Position numbers and translations under genes: made by a program. The notes beneath the pieces are model-generated. The model did no database searches. It saw only the letters and a program-made list of their open reading frames with translations, and was not told where the DNA came from. Shown here piece after piece: positions 19,189-28,481 of a DNA stretch of 64,000 nt. The DNA comes from an uncultured SAR116 cluster alpha proteobacterium (GTDB taxonomy: Bacteria; Pseudomonadota; Alphaproteobacteria; Puniceispirillales; GCA-002684695), in the NCBI GenBank assembly GCA_902522415.1, contig CABYVI010000001.1, positions 9,067 through 73,066 on the forward strand, written 5' to 3'. Each line of letters starts with the position of its first letter. Positions within the stretch are counted from its first letter, which is position 1.

Positions 19189-20523
19189 ATGCTTAATATT
19201 GTAATTGTAGGCAGGCCAAACGTAGGCAAATCAACTCTTTTTAACAGGTTAATTAAGAAAAACTTATCTATAATATCAGAAAAAGCAGGAACAACTAGAG
19301 ATTATAGAGAGTTTGATGCAGAAATTGCCGACATTAAATTTAACCTGACTGATCATGCTGGTTTTGAATTTAATCAGAAAAATCAATTAGTTTCCTTTAT
19401 TAATAAATCTATTTATAAAAATCTTGAAAAGGCTAATATAATTTTAATGGTTTTTGACTCAGTTGTAGGTGTTACTTCTGAAGATAAAAAAATTTCCAAA
19501 ATATTAAAAAAATTTAATAAACCAGTCATTTTATTAGGAAATAAATCAGAAAATACAAGCGTAAAGTATCAAGTATCAGAAGGGTGGTCACTTGGTCTTG
19601 GAACACCTATTGCATTCTCAGCATTACATGGAGTTGGTATAGATGAACTTTATACCAGAATAAATGAATTTACTGCTCCTCAAAAAGAGAAAGATCTTCA
19701 ATCAAATAAAAATCAAAATATTAAAATAGCTTTTGTTGGTAAACCAAATACTGGAAAATCTACACTAATCAATACATTACTTGGTTATGAGAGATTAGTA
19801 ACAAGTCCTGAAAGTGGTACTACTCATGACTCTATAGAAATTGATTTTGAATGGAATAAAAATAAATTTAAACTTATAGATACTGCTGGTCTAAGAAGAA
19901 AATCTAAAGTTAAGGAAAATTTAGAATATAAATTTGTTGGTGCTTCTCTTAATGCTATTAAAAATACAAATATTGCAATTTTAGTTTTAGATGGAACAGA
20001 AGATTTAAATAAACAAGATTTATCTATTGCCAGGTGGGTTATAGAAGAAGGAAGAGCACTAATTTTAAGTATTAATAAGTGGGATCTAATTGAAAAAAAA
20101 CAAGAGGTTTTCAATAACTTTTTTAATAGACTTAAAAGGTCATTACCAGAAATGAGTAAATCTCAAATTATAAAAAGTAGTGGTAGGGTAGGTATAGGAA
20201 TTGGTGAAATCCTTCAATTATCTGTTGAAATATATGAAAACTGGAACAAAAGACTAAAAACTAGTGTTCTTAATAATTGGTTTGAAAAAATAATACAAAA
20301 TCATCCACCTCCATTGTCAAAAAGTGGAAAAAGAATAAAATTACAATATATTTCTCAAGTTAAATCAAGACCTCCTACCTTTGTAATATTTGGAAATTTC
20401 TCTGACGATTTACCTGAATCATATATAAGATATATAAAATCAAAGCTAACAGATAATTTTAAACTTTATGGTGTCCCCTTAAGAATTAAAATAAGAAAAA
20501 AGAAAAATCCATATTCTATTTAA
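19189..20523 (+). CDS. der: Ribosome-associated GTPase Der (EngA)
   Basis: 444 aa with two tandem GTPase domains. Their P-loops are GRPNVGKSTLFN and GKPNTGKSTLIN; other motifs are DTAG, NKSE/NKWD and a C-terminal KH-like domain. Confidence 0.95.
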   Translation: MLNIVIVGRPNVGKSTLFNRLIKKNLSIISEKAGTTRDYREFDAEIADIKFNLTDHAGFEFNQKNQLVSFINKSIYKNLEKANIILMVFDSVVGVTSEDKKISKILKKFNKPVILLGNKSENTSVKYQVSEGWSLGLGTPIAFSALHGVGIDELYTRINEFTAPQKEKDLQSNKNQNIKIAFVGKPNTGKSTLINTLLGYERLVTSPESGTTHDSIEIDFEWNKNKFKLIDTAGLRRKSKVKENLEYKFVGASLNAIKNTNIAILVLDGTEDLNKQDLSIARWVIEEGRALILSINKWDLIEKKQEVFNNFFNRLKRSLPEMSKSQIIKSSGRVGIGIGEILQLSVEIYENWNKRLKTSVLNNWFEKIIQNHPPPLSKSGKRIKLQYISQVKSRPPTFVIFGNFSDDLPESYIRYIKSKLTDNFKLYGVPLRIKIRKKKNPYSI

Positions 20524-20525
20524 GT

Positions 20526-21248
20526 TTACTCAACTTTATTAAACTCAAATCTTTCTCCATTTTTGACAAAATCTTTATTACATATTTTTAATATATCATT
20601 TGATATTTCCACAGGATCTTTTAGAGATTGTGGGTCTTCTCCGGGATAGGCTCTTGCCCTCATTTGAGTTCTTGTCGCTCCAGGATCATATAAATTAATT
20701 TTTAGGTTTGTCTTTTTCATTTCTGAAGACCATGCTCTAATCATTGAATCTAAACCTGCTTTTGAAATGGCATAAGCACCCCAAAAAGGTCTATAACCTT
20801 GTGATGCACCCGATGTTAAAAAAATCGCTTTCCCATACTCGCTTTTGAGAAGCAAACTTTCAAAATGTTTAATTAATTGCCAATTAGATGTTAAATTTAT
20901 ATTTAAACTTAATTGCCAGTCTTTTTCTGATAAATGTGATAAAGGTGTTAAATTATGGAGATAAGCAGCATTGCTAATTAGTATATCAAGTTTCCCCCAC
21001 CTATTGTTAATTTCCATAGAAAGTTTAGAAATTTCATTTAAATCATTTAAGTCAAACTGAATGCATGAAGATTTTCCTCCAAAATCATTTATCTGGTCAC
21101 TTAATTCTTCAAGTGCACTAATAGTTCTACCTAATAAAATCACATGTATTTTATTTTTTGCCAGTTTAATTGCTATTTCTTTACCAATTCCCTTCGTAGA
21201 ACCAGTAACAAGGGCAACTCTATTTTCAAAATCATTCATTAATTTCAT
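20526..21248 (-). CDS. SDR-family oxidoreductase
   Basis: 240 aa. It has the cofactor motif TGSTKGIGKEIA, NAA and the catalytic YAISKAG (YxxxK). Confidence 0.85.
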   Translation of the reverse strand: MKLMNDFENRVALVTGSTKGIGKEIAIKLAKNKIHVILLGRTISALEELSDQINDFGGKSSCIQFDLNDLNEISKLSMEINNRWGKLDILISNAAYLHNLTPLSHLSEKDWQLSLNINLTSNWQLIKHFESLLLKSEYGKAIFLTSGASQGYRPFWGAYAISKAGLDSMIRAWSSEMKKTNLKINLYDPGATRTQMRARAYPGEDPQSLKDPVEISNDILKICNKDFVKNGERFEFNKVE

Positions 21249-21365
21249 CCTCAGTTTTTGACTTTATAATTTCCATGAAAAAGCAATTAGAAATTTTTAG
21301 TTTTAATATTTCAATTGGTGTACATTAAAATTTTATTTCTATTCATCTATAAATAAACACACATT

Positions 21366-21887
21366 TTAAAATTTTATTTTCTCAAAACTATTAAGATTAT
21401 CATAAGGAATAATTTCAATTATATATTTTGAAAACGTGTTACCTATATTTACAGTATAAGAGTCGACTACTTGTTTGGGTAATTTATCTACGTTTTCAAT
21501 AACTTGAATAATTCCAATATAAATTAAAACAATTATCAAAATGCCTCTTATAAAACCAAAAATTGAACCTAAAATATGGTCAAAAATATTTGAAAACTTT
21601 AGTAAAGCAGGAAGAACTATTATATTGTTTAATATTGAAAATAAAATAACTGCTATTAGAAATGGGATAGCCCAACTTATTAATTGCGCTAGAATATCTA
21701 TTTGAATAAAATTTTTTATATAACTTGAAACATACTTAAATAAAATCTTTGATACTAAAAATGAAGACAGCAAAATTATAACTGTCATAGTTTCTCTGAT
21801 TATACCCCTCCAAGCTGATGCCAAAATGGATAATAGAATTATTATAAGAGAAATTAAATCAACAATATTTAAGTTTTCATATAACAT
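21366..21887 (-). CDS. cvpA: CvpA-family membrane protein
   Basis: 173 aa with 4 TM segments. It has an N-terminal D.I...I...S...G...G pattern (VDLISLIIILLSILASAWRGIIRE) and the conserved LGSIFGFIRGILI motif. Confidence 0.7.
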   Translation of the reverse strand: MLYENLNIVDLISLIIILLSILASAWRGIIRETMTVIILLSSFLVSKILFKYVSSYIKNFIQIDILAQLISWAIPFLIAVILFSILNNIIVLPALLKFSNIFDHILGSIFGFIRGILIIVLIYIGIIQVIENVDKLPKQVVDSYTVNIGNTFSKYIIEIIPYDNLNSFEKIKF

Positions 21888-21903
21888 TCAAAATAATCTA
21901 TAT

Positions 21904-22638
21904 TTAAATTATATTTATAAATTCATTTAACTCTTTATTAGTACTTTTTGCAATTTCACTTTTTTCCCCATTCCATATTATTTTACCACTACTTATCATA
22001 GCAACATTATCTGCAATTTTTCTAACGCTATCCATATCATGTGTGATGGTTAAAGAAGTACATCCTAGTCTTTTTACATTATCTATAATTAAATTATTAA
22101 TCTTGCCACCTGTAACGGGATCCAAGCCGGCAGTTGGCTCATCAAAAATAAGTATTTCTGGCTCATCAATTATTGCTCTAGCTATAGCAACTCTCTTCTG
22201 CATGCCTCCTGAAATTTGAGAGGGGTATTGGTGCATTATAGATTTAGAGAGGCCAACTAAATCCATTGAGTTTTTAACTTTGTATATTATTTCCTTATTC
22301 GATAGTTTCTGAGTTTGAATAAGTTTAAATGATATATTTTCCCAAATTTTAAGAGAGTCAAAAAGAGCATTTCCTTGAAAGGCAACTCCAAATCTTTTTA
22401 ATATTTTCTCTTTTTTGTTTAAATCTTGATCAAAAAAACTACTATTATTAATTATAACTTGCCCTTTATTTGGTTGAATTATACCTAATAAACATTTAAG
22501 TAGCACTGATTTGCCAGAACCTGATTGTCCAATTAAAACTAGTGATTTTCCTTTAATAACATTTAAATTAATACCATTTAAAACAATTTTACCATCAAAT
22601 GATTTATTTACATTTTTAAATTCAATTAGGGAGCTCAT
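21904..22638 (-). CDS. mlaF: ABC transporter ATP-binding protein, MlaF type
   Basis: 244 aa. It has Walker A GQSGSGKSV, signature ISGGMQKRVAIARAI, Walker B LIFDEPTAGLDP and H-loop ITHDM. It lies directly downstream of an MlaE-type permease. Confidence 0.8.
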   Translation of the reverse strand: MSSLIEFKNVNKSFDGKIVLNGINLNVIKGKSLVLIGQSGSGKSVLLKCLLGIIQPNKGQVIINNSSFFDQDLNKKEKILKRFGVAFQGNALFDSLKIWENISFKLIQTQKLSNKEIIYKVKNSMDLVGLSKSIMHQYPSQISGGMQKRVAIARAIIDEPEILIFDEPTAGLDPVTGGKINNLIIDNVKRLGCTSLTITHDMDSVRKIADNVAMISSGKIIWNGEKSEIAKSTNKELNEFINII

Positions 22639-22640
22639 AT

Positions 22641-23426
22641 TCAGTTACCAAAAAAAGTAGTAGTAATAAAATAGTTTGATATTAAAATTAATATTGAAGA
22701 TGTTACAACTGAATTTGTGGTAGCCCTGCCAACTCCTTTGGCGCCTTGGCCACAATGGAAACCTTGGTAGCAACCCATTAAGGTAATAATAAATCCAAAA
22801 ATTGTTGCTTTAACTAAACCTTGGAATACATCAATTATTTCTAAATATTCAATAGTTCTATCTAAATATACCATTGAATTAAATCCTAATTGATAAACTC
22901 CAATTATCCAACCACCCATTATGCCAATCACATCTCCAATTATGACTAAAAAGGGCAAGCATATTAGACCTGCTAAAACTCTTGGTATAACTAAATATTG
23001 AATAGGCCTAGTTGACATTACATATAGAGCATCAATTTGCTCGGAAACTTTCATTGTACCTATTTCAGCAGTTATTGAAGCTCCAACTCGACCTGCAACC
23101 ATAAGACCAGCTAATACTGGACCTAATTCTCTTGTAACTGATAAAACAACTACAGTAGCTACAGCATCCTCAGCTCCCAATCTTGCAAAACCTGTAAATG
23201 ATTGAATAGCTAGCACCATTCCAGAAAAAACCGCTGTTAAACCAACAACAGGTAGAGACAAATAACCAATTTCAAAAACTTGTTTTAAAAATTGATTTAG
23301 GAAAAATGGCTTTCTAGGTAACCAGAAAAAAAAATTAGCTCCAAATATTATAAATCTTCCAATATTTTCCAATGATAAAAGTGTAAATTTACCTAAATTT
23401 TTTAATAATATAGTCATTTTATTCAA
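22641..23426 (-). CDS. mlaE: ABC transporter permease, MlaE type
   Basis: 261 aa. The MlaE family pattern is VTRELGPVLAGLMVAGRVGASITAEIGTMKVSEQIDAL.VM...P..YLV.PRVLA. Confidence 0.8.
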   Translation of the reverse strand: MNKMTILLKNLGKFTLLSLENIGRFIIFGANFFFWLPRKPFFLNQFLKQVFEIGYLSLPVVGLTAVFSGMVLAIQSFTGFARLGAEDAVATVVVLSVTRELGPVLAGLMVAGRVGASITAEIGTMKVSEQIDALYVMSTRPIQYLVIPRVLAGLICLPFLVIIGDVIGIMGGWIIGVYQLGFNSMVYLDRTIEYLEIIDVFQGLVKATIFGFIITLMGCYQGFHCGQGAKGVGRATTNSVVTSSILILISNYFITTTFFGN

Positions 23427-23449
23427 ATCTTAAATATTATTGATTTATA

Positions 23450-24562
23450 TTAGATGTAAACCCTTTTTAATCGATTACCAAATGATGTCATGATTTCATA
23501 GGGAATAGTTGAACAATCTCTTGCCATTTCAAAAATACTATAATTTTCATCTATAATTGGGACATGATTGGTATTATTAAGGATTTTTTCTGGAATTTTA
23601 GTTAAATCAATTATAACAGTATCCATAGAAACTCTTCCTAAAATAGGCACATTATATTTTCCAAGACTTAGCTCTTTTCTTGAATTAATACATCTTTTTA
23701 ATCCATCAGCATAACCTAATCCTAAAACGCCTAATATAGATTTTTTTGTTATTTTGTAAGTTGCATCATATCCAACTGTTTCACCAATGTTTGGTCTTCT
23801 TACTTGAAGTATAGGGGAATAAACACTAATAGTTGGTTTTAAATTGTGATCTTTGTTATTTGTGTATCCATACAATCCAATACCAGGCCTTGAAAGATGA
23901 AATCTAGCTTTGTCCCCAAGAAAAATACCATGTGAATTTGACATGCTTCTTTTAATATGAGGAAAGTAATTATTAAATTCATTAAAGATTTTAACTTGCT
24001 TACAATTTAATTCTGATTTTCTATTATCTGAGCATACAAAGTGGGATAAAATTAATACTAAATGATGATGATTAATTTGTTTATGATTTTTGAAAAGTTT
24101 ATGAGCGTCTTTTACTGATAATCCAAGCCTATTCATCCCTGTATCTATATGAATCATATATTTGATTTCATCATTTGAAGCACTTATTACCTGTTCGGTT
24201 GTATTGCAAACAGGAGTCAAATTAAATTGGTTCCATAACTTTTTATCTTGATCTAAATAACCATCAAATATTGCAATCATTTTAGATTTTGGTACATGTT
24301 TTCTTAATTCTAGTCCTTCACTTAATTTAGCTACAAAAAAAATATTGCATCCTTCTTGAGACAATGTTTTTGCAACTTTATTTATTCCACACCCATAAGC
24401 GTTAGCTTTAACAACAGCTGCTGTGTCTCCAGGTTTTGAAAGATGGCATAAAGTTTTATAATTTTGAGAAATATATTTTAAATTGATTTCTATTATTGTA
24501 ATGCCTTGGTTAAATTCTTTAGAATATGTGTTCAATCTAAAAGCCTTCTGGGATATTATCAT
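23450..24562 (-). CDS. alr: Alanine racemase
   Basis: 370 aa with the PLP-lysine motif AVVKANAYGCG and a C-terminal beta domain (RVSMDT..ID, PYEI). The ATG at 24562 overlaps dnaB by 26 nt. An in-frame TTG at 24535, 1 nt after the dnaB stop, is an alternative start. Confidence 0.85.
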   Translation of the reverse strand: MIISQKAFRLNTYSKEFNQGITIIEINLKYISQNYKTLCHLSKPGDTAAVVKANAYGCGINKVAKTLSQEGCNIFFVAKLSEGLELRKHVPKSKMIAIFDGYLDQDKKLWNQFNLTPVCNTTEQVISASNDEIKYMIHIDTGMNRLGLSVKDAHKLFKNHKQINHHHLVLILSHFVCSDNRKSELNCKQVKIFNEFNNYFPHIKRSMSNSHGIFLGDKARFHLSRPGIGLYGYTNNKDHNLKPTISVYSPILQVRRPNIGETVGYDATYKITKKSILGVLGLGYADGLKRCINSRKELSLGKYNVPILGRVSMDTVIIDLTKIPEKILNNTNHVPIIDENYSIFEMARDCSTIPYEIMTSFGNRLKRVYI

Positions 24563-26051
24563 TTTTGATTAAGTTACCAAATTTGGTGTATCTATCCGTA
24601 AAAGATAAATTTATACTCCCTATGGGGCCATGTCTTTGTTTTGCGATAATAACTTGAGCTTGTCCTTTAATATTTTCATAATACGATTTCCAGTTTTCAT
24701 AACGCTCGTTATGTTGTTCTAATGTTTCCCCTTCTTTTCGGATAGGCTCTATCTTTTCATGATAATATTCTTCTCTAAAAACAAACATAACTACATCAGC
24801 ATCTTGTTCTATAGAGCCAGATTCTCTAAGATCTGAAAGATTAGGTCTTTTATCTTCTCTTTGTTCAACTGCTCTACTAAGTTGAGATAGTGCTAAAACA
24901 GGAATATTTAAATCTTTTGCGATAGCTTTTAAACCTCTTGTAATCGTTGATAACTCCTGAACCCTATTTTCATAGTTACTTTTTGACTGACCCATTATTA
25001 ATTGAATGTAATCAATTACAATTAATCCTAAGTTACCATTTAGCTCTCTTTTTTTTCTTCTAGCTCTACTTGCTATTTGTGAGATAGTTATTGCAGGTGT
25101 TTCATCAATAAAAAACGGTGCTTGATATATATTAGTGTTTGCTTTTATTAGTTCACTATAAGCATTTTCATTTAAATTCTTTCCTGTTCTTAAATTCTCA
25201 GAGTCAATGTTTGATCTTTCTGATAAAATTCTAGTAGCAAGTTGCACAGAGGACATTTCTAAAGAAAAAAATAAAACAGGTTTAGCATTTACTTTATTAT
25301 CATTTGGTGAAGCTATATGAAATGCAATATTTGTTGCTAGAGCTGTTTTACCCATTCCTGGTCTTCCAGCTAAAATTAAAAGATCCGTTGGATGCAAACC
25401 ACCAAGTTTAGAATTTAAGTCAATTAGGCCAGTATCTAAACCAGAGAGATTCCCATCATGTTTCATGGCAGTACCAATTCTATTAATTGTTTCTGATAAA
25501 ACATCTTCAAAACTTTTTGGTCCCTGAAATAATAGTCCGTTTTCTGCAAGATTATAAAGTTTACCTTCTGCATTTTCTATTTGTAATTCTGTTTTGTCGT
25601 CAACTTTGTAGTGTGAAGCGTCATTTACAATTTTTGATCCAATTTTAATTAACTCTCTTCTAAAAAAGCACTCTTTAATCTCATTTGCAAAATCACTGAT
25701 TGCTAGAAAATTACCAACACCATCAATTAGTTGTTGTAAGTAATTTCTGTCATCAGAAAATTGTTCAAGATTTATTTCATTTTCTTCAAAAAATGCTTTA
25801 AGTGTGATTGGACTTGCAAGTTGGCCCCGACTTATTAATTTGCTACACGAAATAAAAATCTTTTTGTGCAATGGATCAAAAAAATGATTTGCATCGAGGG
25901 TTTCAGATATTTTGTCAAAATATTCATTATTATACAAAATAGAGCCTAGAACATTTTGTTCAGCCTCAATATTTTGAGGTAATTGCCCTTTGGTATCTAA
26001 ACCAATTTCTAACTTTTCATTTACTGATGAATTTTTAACCTCGAGAACCAT
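24537..26051 (-). CDS. dnaB: Replicative DNA helicase DnaB
   Basis: 504 aa. The N-terminal domain starts PQNIEAEQNVLGSIL. It has Walker A GRPGMGKTA, IVIDYIQL, SQLSRAVEQR and RESGSIEQDADVV. Confidence 0.95.
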   Translation of the reverse strand: MVLEVKNSSVNEKLEIGLDTKGQLPQNIEAEQNVLGSILYNNEYFDKISETLDANHFFDPLHKKIFISCSKLISRGQLASPITLKAFFEENEINLEQFSDDRNYLQQLIDGVGNFLAISDFANEIKECFFRRELIKIGSKIVNDASHYKVDDKTELQIENAEGKLYNLAENGLLFQGPKSFEDVLSETINRIGTAMKHDGNLSGLDTGLIDLNSKLGGLHPTDLLILAGRPGMGKTALATNIAFHIASPNDNKVNAKPVLFFSLEMSSVQLATRILSERSNIDSENLRTGKNLNENAYSELIKANTNIYQAPFFIDETPAITISQIASRARRKKRELNGNLGLIVIDYIQLIMGQSKSNYENRVQELSTITRGLKAIAKDLNIPVLALSQLSRAVEQREDKRPNLSDLRESGSIEQDADVVMFVFREEYYHEKIEPIRKEGETLEQHNERYENWKSYYENIKGQAQVIIAKQRHGPIGSINLSFTDRYTKFGNLIKNDNIPEGF

Positions 26052-26172
26052 ATTTGTAGAATATATTAATTTAAATTTATAAAAAGATAAAAATTAAATA
26101 AATAAATTGTTAATTATGGTAATAATGGTAATGAATTTAATTAGTTGCTAATTATATTTATCTTTTGACTAT

Positions 26173-26763
26173 TCAGTTTGAAGAATCATCTGCTGATGTT
26201 TTCTTTTCCTCATTTTCTGAAACATCTAAGGAATGTTCTGAAACTAAATCATTGGTATTTTCTTCTTCTTTTGTTTGTACTACGGCTGATCCAGTTTTTT
26301 CTTGAGTTTTCGCTTCTTCTAAAGTTCTAGCAATATTTAAGGTGATAGGTAAAATCACTTCAGGGTGCAAGCTAATATTAATTTTTTGAATTCCTAATTC
26401 TTTAATAGGTTTCTCTAATATAACTTGTCTATGAGTAATAGAAAAATTATTTTCGTTAATTGAGTTTGAAATATCTCTTTTGCTTACAGAGCCATATAAC
26501 TGACCTGTTTCAGAGGCTGGCCTGATTAAAATAATTGATAAACCCTCTATTCTTTCAGAAAGTTTTTGTGCATCTTTTTTGTTGCTTTCATTTTCTGCTT
26601 CTATTCTAGATTTTTCTTTATTAAAACTTTCTAAATTATCTTTTGTAGCTCTAATGGCTTTACCTTGTGGTAAAAGGTAATTTCTAGCATATCCATCTTT
26701 AACCTTTACTACATCACCTAATTTTCCAAGGTTATTTATTTTTTCTGTTAAAATAATATTCAT
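26173..26763 (-). CDS. rplI: 50S ribosomal protein L9, with an acidic C-terminal tail
   Basis: 196 aa. The N-terminus is MNIILTEKINNLGKLGDVVKVKDGYARNYLLPQGKA. A ~45-aa acidic or low-complexity C-terminal extension is present. The order is rpsF-rpsR-rplI. Confidence 0.95.
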   Translation of the reverse strand: MNIILTEKINNLGKLGDVVKVKDGYARNYLLPQGKAIRATKDNLESFNKEKSRIEAENESNKKDAQKLSERIEGLSIILIRPASETGQLYGSVSKRDISNSINENNFSITHRQVILEKPIKELGIQKINISLHPEVILPITLNIARTLEEAKTQEKTGSAVVQTKEEENTNDLVSEHSLDVSENEEKKTSADDSSN

Positions 26764-26781
26764 TTTTGGACCCTTGTTAGT

Positions 26782-27030
26782 TCAAGAAGATACATAAGGC
26801 ATTAATGCCAAAAATCTGGCTCTTTTAATAGCTTTTGACAATTCTCTTTGCTTAATTGTTGAAATAGATGAAATTCTACTTGGTATTATTTTGCCTCTTT
26901 CTGTTATATATCTTGATAAAAGTTTGACATCTTTATAGTCTATTAATGGTGCATTAGGACCTGAAAATGGGCAATTCTTTTTTCTTTTGAAAAAAGTTTT
27001 TCTGGAGTTGTCATTTCTAAAATCACTCAT
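26782..27030 (-). CDS. rpsR: 30S ribosomal protein S18
   Basis: 82 aa containing [50 protein letters not shown]. Confidence 0.95.
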   Translation of the reverse strand: MSDFRNDNSRKTFFKRKKNCPFSGPNAPLIDYKDVKLLSRYITERGKIIPSRISSISTIKQRELSKAIKRARFLALMPYVSS

Positions 27031-27386
27031 ACAGCATTCTCTTCTTCTATCTTTATTTCATTATTTTGAGATATGTTTAAAATTGATGGTTCTTCACTAA
27101 TTTCATCAATTCTAATAGTCAAAAATCTAATAACATCTTCGTTAATTCTCATTTGTCTCTCAAATTCAAGTATTGCAGAAGGCTCTGTATCAAGATTCAT
27201 CATAAAATAATGACCTTTTTTATTTTTATTAATTTTATAAGCAAGGTTTCTTAAACCCCATCTTTCAATACTTACAATTTTACCTTTTTCATTTGAAATT
27301 ATTTTTGATAATTCATCAATTAGATTTTCAATCTGAGTATCTGTTAATTCAGGACGTGTTATTACAACACTTTCATAGAAAGCCAT
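27027..27386 (-). CDS. rpsF: 30S ribosomal protein S6
   Basis: 119 aa containing [15 protein letters not shown]...[25 protein letters not shown]. It overlaps rpsR by 4 nt. Confidence 0.95.
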   Translation of the reverse strand: MAFYESVVITRPELTDTQIENLIDELSKIISNEKGKIVSIERWGLRNLAYKINKNKKGHYFMMNLDTEPSAILEFERQMRINEDVIRFLTIRIDEISEEPSILNISQNNEIKIEEENAV

Positions 27387-27446
27387 ATTTTCTCCTTTTG
27401 GCTAATTAGACGTCAAAACGTCCTAACCGGAAACCCGGCAAGGAGT
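27387..27446 (-). promoter_or_regulatory. Structured, GC-rich 5' leader of rpsF (candidate S6:S18-binding autoregulatory leader)
   Basis: The minus-strand RNA reads ACUCCUUGCCGGGUUUCCGGUUAGGACGUUUUGACGUCUAAUUAGCCAAAAGGAGAAAAUAUG. CUCCUU (27445-27440) can pair with the SD AAGGAG (27397-27392). That pairing encloses two hairpins, CCGG-GUUU-CCGG (27438-27427) and GACG-UUUUGA-CGUC (27422-27409). The region is strikingly GC-rich for this genome. Confidence 0.5.
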
Positions 27447-27517
27447 ATTAATAAATTCTGGTAATTATATTTATTTTGTGTGAAAGTTCAAGTGTTAATA
27501 TTTATCAAGGTTTATTT

Positions 27518-28471
27518 ATGAGTATAATAGCAGTGTTTCCAGGTCAAGGATCGCAAGTTATTGGAATGGGAATGGAAATTGCCAAAAAGTTTAAGTCTGC
27601 CCAACTTGTTTTTGATGAAGTAGATAATGCATTAAACTTTAAACTCTCTCAAGTAATGAAAGATGGTGATGAAAAGACATTAATGTTAACAAAAAATGCT
27701 CAACCAGCACTAATGGCAACAGGAATAGCCGTAGTTAAGACAATAGAGGAATTAACTGAAAAAAAAATATGTGATATTGTTAGTCACGCTGCTGGTCATT
27801 CACTAGGCGAATACACTGCTTTAGTAAGTGCTGGTAGCCTATCTATATCTGATGCAGCTAAATTACTTAAAACAAGGGGTGAAGCCATGCAGAATGCTGT
27901 TCCAGTTGGGCAAGGTTCAATGGTAGCGATATTAGGAGTTTCAGTTGAAGATATTGAATATTTTATAGCTTCAGTTGCTAACAGTGATGGATTAGTTGAA
28001 ATTGCGAATGATAATGCACCTGGGCAGGTTGTGATTAGTGGCGATTTAAAAACTTTGGATTTAATTATAAAATTAGCGAGGGAAAGTGGCATCAGAAAAA
28101 TTATAAAACTTTCGGTTAGTGCACCCTTTCATTGCTCGTTAATGAGACCAGCTGCATTAATTATGGAAAATGCTCTTAAAACAATAAATTTTTTAGAGCC
28201 TAAATTTCCTATCATTAGCAATGTTTCCGCTATTCCTGAGACTTCAACTCAAACCATTAAAAATAATTTGATTCTTCAAGTAACTCAAAGGGTAAGATGG
28301 AGAGAAACTATGGCTTCACTCTCTCGACTGGGCATAAGTCAAATTGTTGAAATGGGTACTGGCAGAGTTTTGACTGGATTGGCCAGAAGAGGTGCTCAAA
28401 ATATTAATGCTTTAAATCTAGAAACACCTGAAAATATTTTTAACTGGCTAAATAATGAAAAATTAATTTGA
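27518..28471 (+). CDS. fabD: Malonyl CoA-ACP transacylase
   Basis: It has motifs FPGQGSQ and GHSLGEYTAL. The ORF is open from TTG 27476, but ATG 27518 (MSIIAVFPGQGSQ) matches the canonical FabD N-terminus. Confidence 0.9.
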   Translation: MSIIAVFPGQGSQVIGMGMEIAKKFKSAQLVFDEVDNALNFKLSQVMKDGDEKTLMLTKNAQPALMATGIAVVKTIEELTEKKICDIVSHAAGHSLGEYTALVSAGSLSISDAAKLLKTRGEAMQNAVPVGQGSMVAILGVSVEDIEYFIASVANSDGLVEIANDNAPGQVVISGDLKTLDLIIKLARESGIRKIIKLSVSAPFHCSLMRPAALIMENALKTINFLEPKFPIISNVSAIPETSTQTIKNNLILQVTQRVRWRETMASLSRLGISQIVEMGTGRVLTGLARRGAQNINALNLETPENIFNWLNNEKLI

Positions 28472-28481
28472 TAGGTGTTTA

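Noticed and set aside
24537-24562. A 26-nt overlap between the dnaB 3' end and the alr start, considered as a possible frameshift or fusion signal.
   Set aside because: Both reading frames are intact and full length. An in-frame TTG at 24535 would remove the overlap entirely. This is most likely just start-codon ambiguity.
27476-27517. N-terminal extensions given by the ORF track from upstream TTG or ATG codons: fabD 27476, acpP 29260, ndk 38473, plsY 47466, ruvX 48103, bamB 17860 and the secreted orphan 10301.
   Set aside because: The downstream ATG reproduces the canonical family N-terminus or a proper signal peptide. For plsY, the extension runs through the pyrC-like remnant. The shorter coordinates are reported instead.
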